Assembly (NCBI GenBank): GCA_050613775.1
Contig: JBODTK010000001.1
Location: forward strand, 124,001 to 188,000
DNA length: 64,000 nt
Direction: 5' to 3'
From: Neocallimastix sp. 'constans'
Lineage: Eukaryota
Position numbers and translations under genes: made by a program. Within the stretch, counting starts at the first letter, position 1. Every line of letters begins with the position of its first letter. Below are positions 1-13,054 of this stretch, piece after piece. Below the pieces are notes generated by a model. The model was not told the DNA's origin. It saw nothing but the letters and a program-made list of their open reading frames with translations, and did not search any database.

Positions 1-89
1 TTTAAAATAATAAAGATAATTAATAAATCATTAAATATAAATGATAAATAAGTTAATATAAATAATAATAAAAATAATAGTACCGTGAA

Positions 90-416
90 CTAATAATGTA
101 ATGACTAGGTCATTTGGTGAAAATCGAGGCAATATTAGTAGTTTTTTGAATAAATTAATGAGTATGTAAATATATATGTAATACTACCTTCTTGATGGAA
201 GAGATGCAGATATTATTGATTTAAATTATAAAAAAAGGAATGGGATGTTTCGTTCGTTCTAATATAAACAAATCGTTTCTGAAGATAATTCTAAAGAATA
301 TAGATGTATTGAATATAAAACTTTAAAAATAAAAAAAAACTCAAATCTTTCATTATTTTTAAATGATAAGAAGGGAAGGAAATTTTTAATATTTGAAAGT
401 TTATATAATCATCTTG

Positions 417-464
<48 letters not shown>

Positions 465-1140
465 TTTTTGATGTATATATATCAATTGTAAAAACATAAA
501 TTTTTAAAAAGATGACATTAGAAAAAGTTTTTTTTAATTCCTTTGGGTATACAACCTAAACGTATATTTAATAAAGCTTCACAAGAAATGGGTTTTTTTT
601 ATATGTTCTGAAGATAAAGCAATTAAATCCCAAATTAACAAGAAATAATAAATAAACAACTACTTTCTGATGAAACAAAGTTTGATGAAATTCCTGATAA
701 TAAATCAAAGTATTATAAAAAAAAAAAAAAAAATAAAAAAAGTAAGAAATGAGCAGTTTATGATATTTAAAAAAAAAAAAAGTAAGAAATGAGCAGTTTA
801 TGATATTTAAAAAAAAAAAAAAAAAAAAAAAGCTACCAAATAATGTTTAATTATTACAGAAAAAAAAAAAAAAAAAAAGATGATAAATATATTTAATGAT
901 AAAAAGAATTAAAAGCGATAGAAATTCAGATAATAGGCTCATTCAGAATTATTTATTTTTCAATTTGAAATGAAAATAAAGAAATTAGAAATTACAAAAA
1001 AATTGATGACTTTAAAATTTTATTTAGATAATTTTTAATTCATTATTTACAGAATATAATAATGAGGCAAAAGTTACAAAATAAATCAGAACTGAATGAT
1101 GACGAAAACAAAAGTTTTATATTCTTTTAGAGGAATTAAA
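90..1140 (+). mobile_element. Degenerate Mutator-like (MULE) transposase remnant
   Basis: Frameshifted fragments EDNSKEYRCIEYKTL..KSFIILNDKK..ESLYNHLEK (FLYWCH-like Zn finger), IPLGIQPKRIFNKASQEMG and FDEIPDNKSKYYK resemble N-terminal parts of MULE transposases. Many stops and poly-A expansions; no DDE core seen. Confidence 0.5.
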
Positions 1141-1142
1141 TT

Positions 1143-1285
1143 TGGTATAAAATTTTATATTCTTTGTCCCTAAGAGTTTTTTTTTTTTTTTTTTTTTTTT
1201 TGTATAAATTTTATATTCTTAATCCTAAAGAGTTTTTTTTTTTTTTTTTTTTTGTATAATTTTATATTCTTAATCCCGAAGAGTA
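1143..1285. repeat. Three tandem copies of a ~30-bp unit (gtataaattttatattcttaatcc..agag) separated by poly-T; possible subterminal repeats of the MULE remnant
   Basis: Units start near 1146, 1202 and 1254. Confidence 0.6.
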
Positions 1286-1351
<66 letters not shown>

Positions 1352-1736
1352 TAAAAGTTAAAGAATTTAAAACTACTTTATTCTGTGATAAAACTTTTTA
1401 TAAATTTTTTTTTTTTTTTTAAATAAGAAATATTTATAACATTAAGTATATATATATATATATATATATTTAGTTACTTATTTATTTATTTCTTATTTAT
1501 TTACTTATTTATTTATATATTTATTTATTTATTTATTTATTTAATTTAATTTAATTTAATTTAATTAAATTTTTTTTTTTTATATATAAATATATTATTT
1601 AAAATAATCAATTTTTTTTTATTTTTTTTTTTCACTAAGAGAATAGAAATTTAATATCCATATTAACTAAAAAGAAAAAGAAAAAGAAAAAAAAAAAAAA
1701 TTAAAATAACGAAAAACAATTAAAAATAATTAGAAT

Positions 1737-1774
<38 letters not shown>

Positions 1775-1912
1775 AAACAAAGTAGATTCTGATATTAATA
1801 CGTAAAAAAATAAAAAAAAAAAATAAAAAAATAAAAAAAAAAAAAAAAAAAAAAAAAGAAAACAAAGTAGATTCTGATATTAATACGTAAAAAAATAAAA
1901 AAAAATAAAAAA

Positions 1913-1945
<33 letters not shown>

Positions 1946-2941
1946 GCAAAGGAAATAAAAGTAAATACATATATATATATATATAAAAATATAATAAATA
2001 AATAAATAAATAAATAATATACATATATAAATATAAATATAATTAAATAAAAAATATATAAAATAGATATATAAAAGAGTATATTAAAAAAAATGTTAAG
2101 TATTGAGTAGATTCAAAAAAAAAAAGCTTAAAGTTAACTAAAATAGATTAGCACTTTGTTTCTTTTTATATGTTATGGTAATTTAATTAACAAAAAAAAA
2201 ATAATAATAATTTCAAAAGGTAATAAAAATAAGAATAGTTTAAAAGTTTAAAAAAAAAATAAAAAAAAAAAATAAAAATAAAAAATATATTAAAAGGTTT
2301 AAAAAAAAAAAAAAAAAAAGAAGAAAAAAAAATATTTTTTTTTTTAAAAAATAATTTTTATTATTATTTATTATTTAATATTTATTATTTATTATTATTT
2401 CTTTTTTAAAAATTACAAAACAAAAAAAAAAATTTATATATATATAAATGTATAATTAATTAAATTAAAATTTATATATAATAAATTAAAGAAATTTAAA
2501 AAAAAAAAAAAAAAAAAAAAAGATTAAACAATATAAATTTATTAATAATTGAAAATAAAATAAAATAAAATAAAATAAAAATAAAAAATAAAAAAGAACA
2601 TATTTATGATATTGAATTAAATATTTATATAAAAATTAAAAAGAAAAATAAAATAAAATAAAATAAAATAAAAATTAGGCTACTACATTTTATATAATTA
2701 TTACTATAAATAAAAAAAAGATAAATAATTTTTTTTTTTTTTTTGAATGTTGATATAATATGATAATAATATATAGATATATATAGATATATTTAAATTT
2801 AAAAATATATATATAATGTAAAAAAAAAAAAAAAAAAATTTTTTTTTTTTCTAAATGTTTGTCTTGATTTAAAGTGGATGATAATAAAGAGAATAATGAT
2901 TAAATAGGAATGATAAATGAATTTTATTGAATGGTATTATT

Positions 2942-3883
2942 CTATTTCATTTCATTATTTAAATTCATAAAATAAAATGATTCTTGTTGCTGTTGTTGTT
3001 GTGTCATTGTTCCAGCAGCAGTCGTGGTTGTAGAAGAGTTTACATTTGTGGGATTAGCTGAAGAAAAATTGAAGGCTTCCATAGCTGAATTTTTAATGGT
3101 ATTCATATGGTAATTAGGATAGTGTTGATGATAGGAAGATGTCAACGGTTGGAAATCTAATAACCAAGGATTTGTATTTTGAAAGGATGCATCTGCATTA
3201 TTAGTTAGGGTTTGAGCAGTAGTATTCAAAGATGGATTTAAGAATACATTGGTAGTTGAAGTAATATTTGAGGTGGAGATAACATTGGAGGATACATTAG
3301 AAACTAATGCTCCCATAGTAGAAGTATAATCAAGAGAATTGGTTGGAATAGCTATACTTTGTCGATTGGTACCGGCTAAGGGAACATTTGATGATATAGT
3401 AGTGGCCATAGTATTAATATTATTAGAATGATAGATGGACGGTATGACATTATTATTGCTATTATTATTGCTATTACTATTACTATTACTATTATTAGTA
3501 TTATTAGTACTATTTTGTGTAGGCATGGAAGGAATAGGAATATAAGATCTTCTTGGTGTTGGTAATGAATTAGAACGACCAACTGAAGTAATATTAGAAG
3601 AGGTTAAATGAATAGAGTTAGATGTACTATTTGCTGGTGTAGGTAGAGTATTCTTATCAACAACAGTAACAGAGTATGGATTAGTATTTAAGGAAGATTT
3701 ATTAAGACCATTGGTAGCCATTGTGGTTTTAGGATGATAGGTAGAGAAAAGATGGGAGGTACTATTGGAATTAGGAATACTATTAATACTACCCACTTTA
3801 AACTCATTATTAATATTATTATTTCCGATAGTATTTTTTATAGCATTAGGATTACAGATAGTATGATTAATTGAGGAATTGAT

Positions 3884-3927
<44 letters not shown>

Positions 3928-6822
3928 CATTATTATTATTAGTCGTATGATTATTAATGATAGAAGAATGATAATGACTACTATTACCGCTACTGAGCGT
4001 TTTATTACTAGAAGCCGAACCCTGAAGATGATGGTAATCCTTAGTTGTTGTTGAACTTAATGGAAGAGTATTTATTGCTTCACTTTTTGGACTACTAAAG
4101 AGTGGATGGGATAATATTTGAGAGGAAGGATGATCAAATTCTTTTCCAGTAAGGAAAGAAGAAGATCCTAATGAATTTATATTAGTTTGAGTATCGAGGG
4201 AAGACATTCTTAGAGTACTTTTAGTAGAACTACTTCGATTAGATATGGATACATTGGTACTTAGTGGTGGGGAGGTAGGAATAGTAATTGATTTGGTAAG
4301 CGAAAGAGAATTAAACAGAGATTTTGAATTTAATTTTGGATTTGGATTGAAATTGGAGTTCATGGAATGAACATTTAAATTTAAATGATCACTCTCTATT
4401 TTTGCATTCATATTAGCATTCATGTTCGTGTTCGCGTTCGCGTTCGCATTCATATCCATATCCTCATTTACATTTGCATTCATATTTATATCTGTATTTA
4501 CATCTACATCTACCCCTACATTTACATTTACATTTACGCCACCAAGAGCTCTAGCATCTACTAAATCGGAATTCAAAAGATTAGAAGAAATAAGATGAGC
4601 TGGTGGATGACGACTTGAAAGAGAACTGGTTCTTGAGTTCAATTCATGTGCAAATACATTAGATAAGGTCACATTCTCATCATTCATTCCTTCCTTACCC
4701 AAGGAGATATTGGAAGTTGGAAGAGAAGAATCAATGGAATTCTCAAGGGTATTCATGATTTTATATGTATTCAGCAATTTATCTGATTCCGTAGTAGAAA
4801 TAATATCTTCTGGTAGAAGAGAAGTTGGCATGGTCATACCTGTTGGTAAGTTAATAGGGGAGGTTAACGTTTCCAATTTAATATTATTTTTAAGGCCAGA
4901 AATATCGGTTGAAAGATTAGAGGTGGTAAGATCGGAAGGAAGCGCTAAATTGTTTTGGAATGGCATTTCTACGTTCATCGGTTCCATTTTAAATTCCATT
5001 TTAGTAGAATTTTTCAATGCTTCAATATTATATAAATTAACATTGCTAACATCAATAGTTGTGGAAGCCTCATCACTACCATTCTTTAATATATCCATTG
5101 GATTGTCATTTCCCTTCATTTCAACATCAATACCACCAACATCTATCATATCCATACCAGCCATATTAATACCTTCTACATCCACACCAGCCCCATTAGT
5201 ACAAGCCATCATACCAACAGTATCGGTATCCATAGTTTCTTTAGGGGCTAAAGCAGTCGTTGAGGAGGACGATGGCATCAAGGTATTACTTTCTAATGAA
5301 TATTCCTTTTTAATGTTCATAAGCTTCTTAGAATTGGTAAAATCAACGACACTTTCACGGTTACTTTTATTATTTTTAGCATTAGCATTAGCATTAACAG
5401 CAAATAAAATAGAGGATTCAATAAATGATATTGGTTTTTTAATTTCTGGATTCTTCTCATTCAACGATATATTTATCGATGAAGGGATAGACATAGACTT
5501 TACAGAAGAAGAATGAATTAAGGTAGATTTATTTTTAATACTTTCAGTTGTATTAGTAGTTGTATTAGTATTTGTATTAGTAGTTGTATTAGTATTAGAC
5601 GCTTTATTAATTTTATTAGTAGTTGTATTAGTATTAGACGCTTTATTAATTTTATTAGTAGTTGTATTAGTATTAGACGCTTTATTAATTTTATTAGTAG
5701 TTGTATTAGTATTAAACGCTTTATTAATTTTATTAGTAGTTGTATTAGTATTAGACGTTTTATTATTAATTTTATTAGTAGTTGTATTAGTAGTAGTTTT
5801 TGTGGTTTTTGTTGTTTTTGTTGTTGTTTTTGACTCTACTGCGGATTGATTATGATGATCATTTTTAATACTTTTAATATTTTCTAATGATAAATCTTCA
5901 GATTTATTGCCACACACATTTTTATCCTTGGATTTTGACTTTGATTTTGATGACTTTGACTTTTCATTTTTGTTATTATCATTATCACTAGTAATAGTGG
6001 CAGCAGTAGTAGCAGTAGTAGTAGTAGTAGCAGTAGTAGCATTAGTAATAGTTCTATTTTCCTCTTTAACTGAAATATTTTCCACGGATTCAATAACATT
6101 TTCATTTTGATTAGAGCTATTTTCAGAAGTGGAAGACTCATTATTTAATTCATCATTATTAACATCCATTATTTCTGGGCTGATATTTAATTGTTTAATT
6201 TGTTTCATCGTCAAAACTTCTCGATAATTAAATTTAACATTTGGATCTTTACGATAATGAACCTTATAGTGTTGTCTAAGATTATCTTGACGACCAAATT
6301 TAGATTTACAACCTGGATATTTACAATGGAAAGGTCTTAAGGCTAAATGACATGTACGAATATGTCTTGTAACATGGCCACTTAATAATGATCAAATAAA
6401 AAAAACACATATATATATATATAAATAGAAATATATATATAATATAAAATACGATCAATGAATATAAAAAGAACAAAAAAAAATTATATATATAAATAAT
6501 TAATAATTATAAAAATAGAGATAAATATATATATTATGATAGTAAATAATAAAATAAATATATAAAAAATGAATCAATATAAATAATAATTATATAAATA
6601 ATAATTATATAAATATTTAATATTAATATAAATTTATAATAATAAATATATGACAGAATATTATAAAAAAATATATATATGATTATTAATAATATATAAA
6701 TATAATATATAAATAGGAATATAAATAAATAGATTTCTAAATTAATATAAAAAAAAATTTTTTTTTTTCCATTTATATTTTCTCTTCCTGCTTCCCTCTT
6801 TTATTATTATTATTATTATTAA

Positions 6823-6853
<31 letters not shown>

Positions 6854-9800
6854 TATTCTTTTTTTTTTATTTTTTTTTTTTTTTTAATCTTTTTTTTTTT
6901 TATTATTCTTTTTTTTTTTTTTTACTATTCTTTTTTTTTTTTTTTTATTCTTTTTTTTTTATTTTTTTTTTTTTTTTATTTTTAGACTTGTTTTCATTAT
7001 TCTTTTTTTATTCCTTTTTTTTTTAAACTTTTTTTTTTATTTTTTTTTTATCTTACCTTGTAGTAAACGATTTATTACATCCTTCCTTAACACAATAGAA
7101 TCGACGGACTACACGTTTATGCTTTTGTTTAATACCATTTTCATCGGGTTCCTTATCACTTTCTTCCACTACAAATTCTTTTATTTTAATGGTTTCCCCA
7201 TCCACAATTATAATATTTTCTTTTTCTCCAATTTCAGAAATTTCATTTTCTTGTTTTTCCTTCTTCTTCTTAGTACTATCCTTAGGTCTTCCACGGTGAC
7301 TAGTAACAACAATTTCTTTCTTTGAAAGATCCGCTTCTAACGTTTCAGATTCCTTTTCCCTTTCCTTTTCTTTTACTTTTTCCTTTTCCTTTTCTTTTTC
7401 CTTTTCTTTTTGCTTTTCATTCTTTTTCGTTTCCTTAAGTATTTCTTCATTTTCTAATGATGTAAGAAGTTGTTTTGATTTGGAAGATTTTAATTTCGAT
7501 TTAGTCTTTTTTAATTTAGATTTATTTTTTAATTTCGTAAGGTCATCCTCATTCATTTCTTCATTATTTACTTTTTTATTATTATTACTATCGGTGGTTG
7601 TTTTTAAGGTATTACCTATACTATTATTTTCATTTTCTAATGTTTCATTTTCATCCTTATCCTTATTTTTATCCTTATTCTTATCCTTATTCTTATCCTT
7701 ATTCTTATCCTTATTCTTATCCTTATTCTTATCCTTATTCTTATCATCCTTATTCTTATCCTTATTCTTATCATCCTTATTCTTATCCTTATTCTTATTC
7801 TTACTCTTATCCTCCTCTTCCTCTTCCTCTTCTTCTTCCTTCTTCCTCTTCTTTTTCTTCTTCTTTTCCTCTTTCTCCTCCTTCTTCTCCGTTCCTACCT
7901 TCTTATCTAACTCCATTGTTTTACCCTTTTCATCAACATTCTCATTTTCCCCTTCCAGTTTAATGATCACTTCATCCTTTTGATGATCTTCTTGAGTCAT
8001 GACCTGATCAAGCATACAATTCTCCATCTTTCTCTCCTTCAATGAATCCATTATCTCTAAGGATTTAAAGGTAAAATCGGATTGATTTTCTAATTTTAAG
8101 GGTTTCTTGAGAACAGCCCTATCATAGGTAGTATCCATCGAATCAATTGTATCGCTAGAAGGGGATAGGGTAGAATGAGAAGGGTGATTTTGGTTCAATG
8201 GAATTGATTTAACCTCTGACGGCTCCTTAGGCTTTAAGGTGAAGAGGGATGACTGTTTTCTAGGGAATGAATTTTGTAATATAAAATCGGGTTGAAGATC
8301 CATATTACTTTCAATAGCTAAAGCCTTGGCATGTTCTTCTTCACTACAATCGGTCATCATTACATCACGAGGCTCACTTGTCTTTGATAAAGTATTACCA
8401 GTATTTTTCTCCTCTTCTTCCTTTACCTCCTTTTCCTTGCCATTCTCCTTCCTTTCCTTCTCCTTTTCATTTCTATTCTCTTTCATCTTCCTCTCTTCCT
8501 TTTTCTTTTCCTTCCTCTTTCCTTCCTCTTCCTCTCTCTCTCCCTCTTCTACTATTTCTTCTTCATCTTCAAATCCGCCCTTAAAGACATCCATTCCACT
8601 TGAAATAAATCCATCCTTGATCATATCTTGTCGAATATGAGTAACAAATTTATTATGACTATATTTTTGATAGGCACGAGCGAAAAAGTCTTCAATTTCC
8701 TTTTTAGAATTATTATTCATTCTATTTTGTGAATTTTTAGGTAAGGTAACATCCAACTTTATCTCCTTCACATTTTTACATTGAAGAATTAAATTGGATC
8801 GTTCCATAAATTCTTTTTCTCTTCGTTTATGATCGGTAATATCATCCAAATCTTTAGTATGATCGAGGACATTCGTAAGAACACTATTGGATTTCTTTAT
8901 TTTTTCATCTAAGGCTGCTTGATCCATATTTAGGGTCTCCTTTGAATTAATTTCATTTGTAAAAGTGAAAAGAGGAGAGGACATACCAGAGGTGGAAGTA
9001 GAATTAGAAGCATTAGAACCTCGACTAATACTACGATGGGAGTTCGTTTGACCATGTAAACTCAAACTGCTACGCCTACGACTTTGACTACGACCACGAC
9101 TTTGACTACGACCTTGTGAAAGGTAATGATGACTACTACTACTACTTCCACTATAGCTATAATGATGGTTAAGATTATGACTATGATTATGATTATGTTT
9201 AGGAAGGTAAATTTGATTAGGTGTATCCGGTATAGGTATCTGTTGCAGTTTTTCAAAATCCTTTTCTTGAGGCAACTCGGCTAAAGGAATATAATCATTT
9301 TCTCGTTCATCCATTCGTTTATCATTAACGACCGTTCGTTCATCCTCCTCTTTATCATCATCATTAAGGGAAAGATGTCGAAAGGCAGAACATTCTAATT
9401 CTGCTCTTTCCTGTTGTTCTACTAAGGTTTGAAGAAGGACCTTCTGTTGGATATCAAAAAGTTTAAGATACATTTGTTGATGAAGTAAAAAGAGATGAGC
9501 CTGCTCTTTTCTCGTTTTAGCATGTTGAAGTTGATTATGTTGATAGAGAAGAAGATTATAGGTATCCTGATGGTGTTGATGTTGAAAATAAAGAACTTTT
9601 TTAAGAGCCAATTCAATGGGAGGTTGATCATCCAAAATTTCTTGACGATATTTTGCACGTTTTAAAAGATTATTTTTTTGTTCGTTGAGAATACGTTGTT
9701 TTTCCTTGAACGGTATATTCATATTTAATAATTTTTTTAAATTTTCTGTTTGTTGTTGCTGTTTTATTTTTAATTCTTCCTGTTGTTTCTTTTGTTCCCG

Positions 9801-9953
9801 TTCCAAATCCAACATTTGTTTATTTTGAAGTTGTAATATCTGATCAAATTGATAATGTTTTTCTTGATGTTGTTCCTCAGTTTCACTATTTAACTTTTCC
9901 ATTCCAGAAATGGAATCCTCTTCTAAATCCTTACTTCTACGTTTTAGTGACAT
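2942..9953 (-). CDS. Large C2H2 zinc-finger transcription factor with Nrg1-like finger pair; 2 exons, ~2,111 aa
   Basis: Exon 1 9953-7057, intron 7056-6381 (GTAAGA...TTAAG), exon 2 6380-2942. Splicing joins the two long ORFs in frame and gives [56 protein letters not shown], two C2H2 fingers resembling the fungal Nrg1 signature (FTTSGHLARH...C..RF.R.DN..QHY..H). The rest is low complexity (Q/H, K/E, N/S/T rich). Confidence 0.88.
5550..5790 (-). repeat. Coding 39-bp tandem repeat (TTTNKINKASNTN, ~5 copies) in the zinc-finger gene
   Basis: Repeated ttattagtagttgtattagtattagacgctttattaatt. Confidence 0.85.
7655..7810 (-). repeat. Coding 12-bp tandem repeat (DKNK)n in the zinc-finger gene
   Basis: Repeated ttatccttattc. 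Confidence 0.85.
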
Positions 9954-12499
9954 TTTATATATTTATTTATTTATTTAATAATTCTTAATATTATTTGGGA
10001 TTTATTTTGAAATTTTGTTAAAATGTTTTTGTATAAGTTTGAAAAAATATTTATGATTTATTGCTTTTTATTATTTTTTATTTATTTAATTGATGACTTG
10101 ATGAATCTATATAAAAAAATAATTTTTTTTTTTTTCTTTCTTCTAAATTTTTAATAAATTAAAAAAAAAAAAAAAAAAAAAAAAGCTATACACTTAAAAT
10201 GATTTACATATAATTTATTGAAATGATAGTTTTATATATATATGTATGAAATTTGAATATTTTTTTTTTAATATTTTACAGAATAGTATTGGGTAAAGTT
10301 GGTATTTTTTCTTAATTTACTTTATTTTTTAATTATATTTCATTTTATTATTATTATTATTTTTTTTTTTTGAATATATAAAAAGTATATATAGAGAGAG
10401 AAAAAGAAATAATTGATAGTATTTGTTATTATTTTATAATTGAAAGTTATAAATAAAATATATATATAATATATTAAATAATAAATTATACGATAAAAAA
10501 TTAATAAAAAAAAAAAGGCTTGTTATAAAATATATAACTTAAATATATATAAAAATAATAATATAAATATATATATAGAAATTTACTTTGAAATTTAAAT
10601 TTAATGTTTCAAAATTTTATTCTGTTGTTACTTTTTTTTTTATTTTTCCTTTAAATAAAATATGATTCCTTTTTATTCTTTTTATTTATAAAAAATATAT
10701 TGTTGACTATTAAATTAATTTATATATAGTATAATAAATTTTGTTGTTTCTTTTTTATATTTATTAATTTAACCCAGTAGTAATCAAATAAGTAGAAAAA
10801 AAAAAAAAATCAATATTAATAAGGTGGATATAGTTCTGGATATACGTTTTATTCTATGCTAAAATATAATATAATTATATTTATTCCTGAAGTATTTTTT
10901 CCTTTAAATTATTTTTTATTACTTTGCTGTATTAATGAAAAAAAAAAAAATTAAAAATTATATAAAATGATTTCAATAATGATTCTCTCTACTAATATTT
11001 TTTTATGGTATTATAAACAAAATTTGAAGTTATTTTAGTTGTTGTTAATGTTGATTTTTGGTAAAGCGAAATTAAATAATAACTTTTATTATTAATAAAT
11101 TTAATAAAAATATTAAAAGTTTTTTTTTTTTTATTATTTTTAAAAATATAATTTGTGTTTTATTTATTTTATTCTTTCTTTCTTCATCATTTTTTTATAT
11201 ATACATATATTCTTTAAAAAGTAACTAAAACTATAATGAAAAATTTTATTTTAATCTGATTATAAATTAAAATTAAATTAATAAAAACAAACAAACAAAA
11301 AAAAAAAAAAAAAAGAGAATAAAATGAATAAAAGATAGAAATAAAATAATATTAAAAAAAATTTTTTTTTTGAAAATAATTAATAATAAATTAGCAAAGC
11401 ATAAAAATTAAAAAATTAAATAATTTAATATAAAATACTAAAAAAAAAATTATTCATTCATTCAAAATAATATATTTATGATTATATTCCATTATATATT
11501 ATAATATAAATTAGAATTGATTTTAATATAACGGTTTATTCCAATTAAGAATAAAAAATTTGAAAAAATGAAAATAAAAAAAAATAAAATTTTATTATTT
11601 AAATAATCCTTTTTTTTTTATTTTATTACTTTTTATTTTATTACTTTTTATTTTATTACTTTTTATTTTATTACTTTTTATTTTATTACTTTTTTAATAA
11701 GATGAATATAATAAAATAAAACTTTATAGAATTAATAAATATGAATAAATATCATAATATATTGAATAAATATAAAATAAATATAGAATAAAATATTTAT
11801 GAACTTATTTAAATATAAATTTAAATATTTAATAATTTATATTTTATTTATCTATTTATTTCAATATATTCATATATATATTATATTACATATATTTATT
11901 TATTTATGATTTTAAATACAATTGAATTAAAAAAAAAATTATAAAAAAAAATTTTTTTTTTCATCATCATTACAATAAATTCCTCATTTAAATTTGATAT
12001 AAGAGAAAACCATTTAAATGGTTTCATCATTATGAGCCATTCCTAATTTCTTAATTATTAACTCTATATTAGTATTTTAATATTTTATATATTATAATAA
12101 AGAAAAATAGAAAACAAAAAAAGAAAGATAATCCCATAGATTAGATTTCTATTTAATAATACGTTAAAAAAAAACAAATATAAATATAAAAAAAAAATAC
12201 CAATACAACCACCAGTCCAAAAAAAAAAGTCAAACCACAAGAGTATGCCTAAGTATAATAAAATAGTAAAATTGAAAAATAGATATATGAAAATAAAAAT
12301 AAAATAAAATTTAATATATTCAATATTTATTATTGTAGAATGGAATAAATAAAAAAATATCCATTTTATATAATGAATTATATATTATAAATACAATCTA
12401 TATCTAAGTATTTGTATGGTATCTTTTTTTTATATATATATATATAAATATATTATAATTCATTTTTATCAGACATCTATTAATTATTTATATATAACA

Positions 12500-12830
12500 A
12501 ATGTATATGATAAATGTATAATAAATGTATAATAAATATATAACAAAAGAATAATAAATACACAATAAATGTATATGAAAATGTATAATAAATGTATATA
12601 ATTTATAGTAAATGTATATGAAAATGTATAATAAATGTATATAATTTATAGTAAATGTATATGAAAATGTATAATAAATGTATATAATTTATAGTAAATG
12701 TATATGAAAATGTATAATAAATGTATATAATTTATAGTAAATGTATATGATAAATATATAATAAATGTATATGATAGATGTATAATAAATGTATATGATA
12801 AATATATTGTATAGTAAATGTATAGTAAAT
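12500..12830. repeat. Minisatellite, ~43-bp unit (aaatgtatatgaaaatgtataataaatgtatataatttatagt) ~4 copies with degenerate flanks
   Basis: Directly visible tandem units at 12567-12740. Confidence 0.85.
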
Positions 12831-12950
12831 ATAATAAATATACAATATATCATAGTTATTGGATAAATATATACAATAATTATTTAATCGCTATTTAATA
12901 ATTATTTAATATCTACATAAATTATGATGTAAACTTTTTAAATGTTAATT

Positions 12951-13054
12951 TATTTTTTATTAGCAACCATTATAATGGTTGCTAATAAAAAATAGAGTTA
13001 ATATATGTCTATTATAAAGGCTATTATAATAGATATATATTAACTCTATTTTTT
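12951..13054. repeat. Double inverted repeat: perfect 44-bp palindrome overlapping a 30-bp-arm hairpin
   Basis: 12951-12994 tattttttattagcaaccatta|taatggttgctaataaaaaata is a perfect palindrome. Arms 12987-13016 and 13025-13054 pair with one G/T mismatch around an 8-nt loop. Confidence 0.9.

Noticed and set aside
291..2024. Short F/Y/I/L-rich ORFs (also those at 13134-25893, 27342-28219 and 38669-38893)
   Set aside because: Translations of homopolymer and microsatellite DNA with no coding signal.
3376..9658. ORFs antisense to or nested in the zinc-finger gene (e.g. 4710-5516, 7480-7983)
   Set aside because: Shadow frames of a low-complexity coding sequence.
12500..12830. CRISPR-like appearance of regular repeats (also 39895-40115 and 52127-52226)
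   Set aside because: Tandem units without unique spacers, no cas genes, eukaryotic context.
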